Source: Cystobasidiomycetes sp. EMM_F5
Lineage: Eukaryota
Assembly: GCA_051047955.1 (NCBI GenBank)
Contig: JBPGPT010000003.1
Location: forward strand, 124,001 to 188,000
DNA length: 64,000 nt
Direction of reading: 5' to 3'
Both the position numbers and the translations under genes were made by a program. This document shows, piece by piece, positions 63,623 through 64,000 of the stretch; positions within the stretch are counted from its first letter, which is position 1; every line of letters starts with the position of its first letter. Below the pieces are notes generated by a model. That model searched no databases and was not told the DNA's origin. It worked only from the letters and a program-made list of their open reading frames with translations.

Positions 63623-64000
63623 CTATTGAATGCCGGGTCTACCTGGACCCAAACTCGTATCGGAATCCATCCCACTGTCTCTTGTCGGTGCTTTACGATG
63701 GTTGGCTGACACCTTCCTATCGAGACTCAAGCCGTTTGCGGATCCAGCAGACTCCATCGGCAACAGACTGATACCGCTGCTACTTCGAGCCAGACGCTCC
63801 TCCAATGCATCACCGCCTTTGCGCACTGCTTCCCATTCGAGGCGTACGTACACCCACATCCATCTTCTGATAACCTCCAGCGCTTCGAGGAGGAATATCC
63901 CAGCTTCCATCTCGTGAACGGTATGCAGATGAGATGAGAGCTTCAGCGACCACGTAAATCGCAGTATAAAGTCTAATGCGACCACGAGATAGTAGATTAC
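63623..64000 (-). CDS. ERD1: EXS-domain protein (Erd1-like), 3' end only
   Basis: LDFILRFTWSLKLSSHL...FLLEALEVIRRWMWVYVRLEWE. Confidence 0.85.
   Translation of the reverse strand, partial: VIYYLVVALDFILRFTWSLKLSSHLHTVHEMEAGIFLLEALEVIRRWMWVYVRLEWEAVRKGGDALEERLARSSSGISLLPMESAGSANGLSLDRKVSANHRKAPTRDSGMDSDTSLGPGRPGIQ

Overview
Gene-dense, intron-rich eukaryotic DNA of a compact basidiomycete fungus; a Pucciniomycotina yeast-like lineage is my inference from protein style and the ~50-60 nt introns. It is not prokaryotic, so the ORF track shows exon fragments, and I rebuilt about 31 spliced genes by hand. Recognisable genes: PAH1/lipin (partial), AIR1/2, TOP2, an HD-domain phosphohydrolase, DTD1, RKI1, a chromodomain protein, prolyl-tRNA synthetase, an MFS transporter, RPL14, two tandem BTB genes, a bZIP factor, a Zn-dependent polyol (D-arabitol-like) dehydrogenase, COX7, ATG13, PrxQ/DOT5, a USP deubiquitinase, ATG22, COX13, UTP21, an LCB3-type phosphatase and an EXS/ERD1 gene (partial), plus two tandem orphan paralogues. 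DTD1 is missing from the ORF track, and COX7 appears there only as a short fragment. Most notable: (1) a predicted mitochondrial fusion of an Aim32/Apd1-type bis-His [2Fe-2S] domain with an adrenodoxin-type [2Fe-2S] ferredoxin; (2) unusual splicing, namely a probable U2-type AT-AC intron, four GC-AG introns, 5-nt micro-exons and long AG-free introns, one holding a look-alike alternative N-terminus of the bZIP; (3) a strongly base-paired RPL14 intron; (4) a compact dNTPase-signature HD protein. I found no tRNA, rRNA, CRISPR array or transposon. Gene models are manual and unverified by RNA data or database searches.
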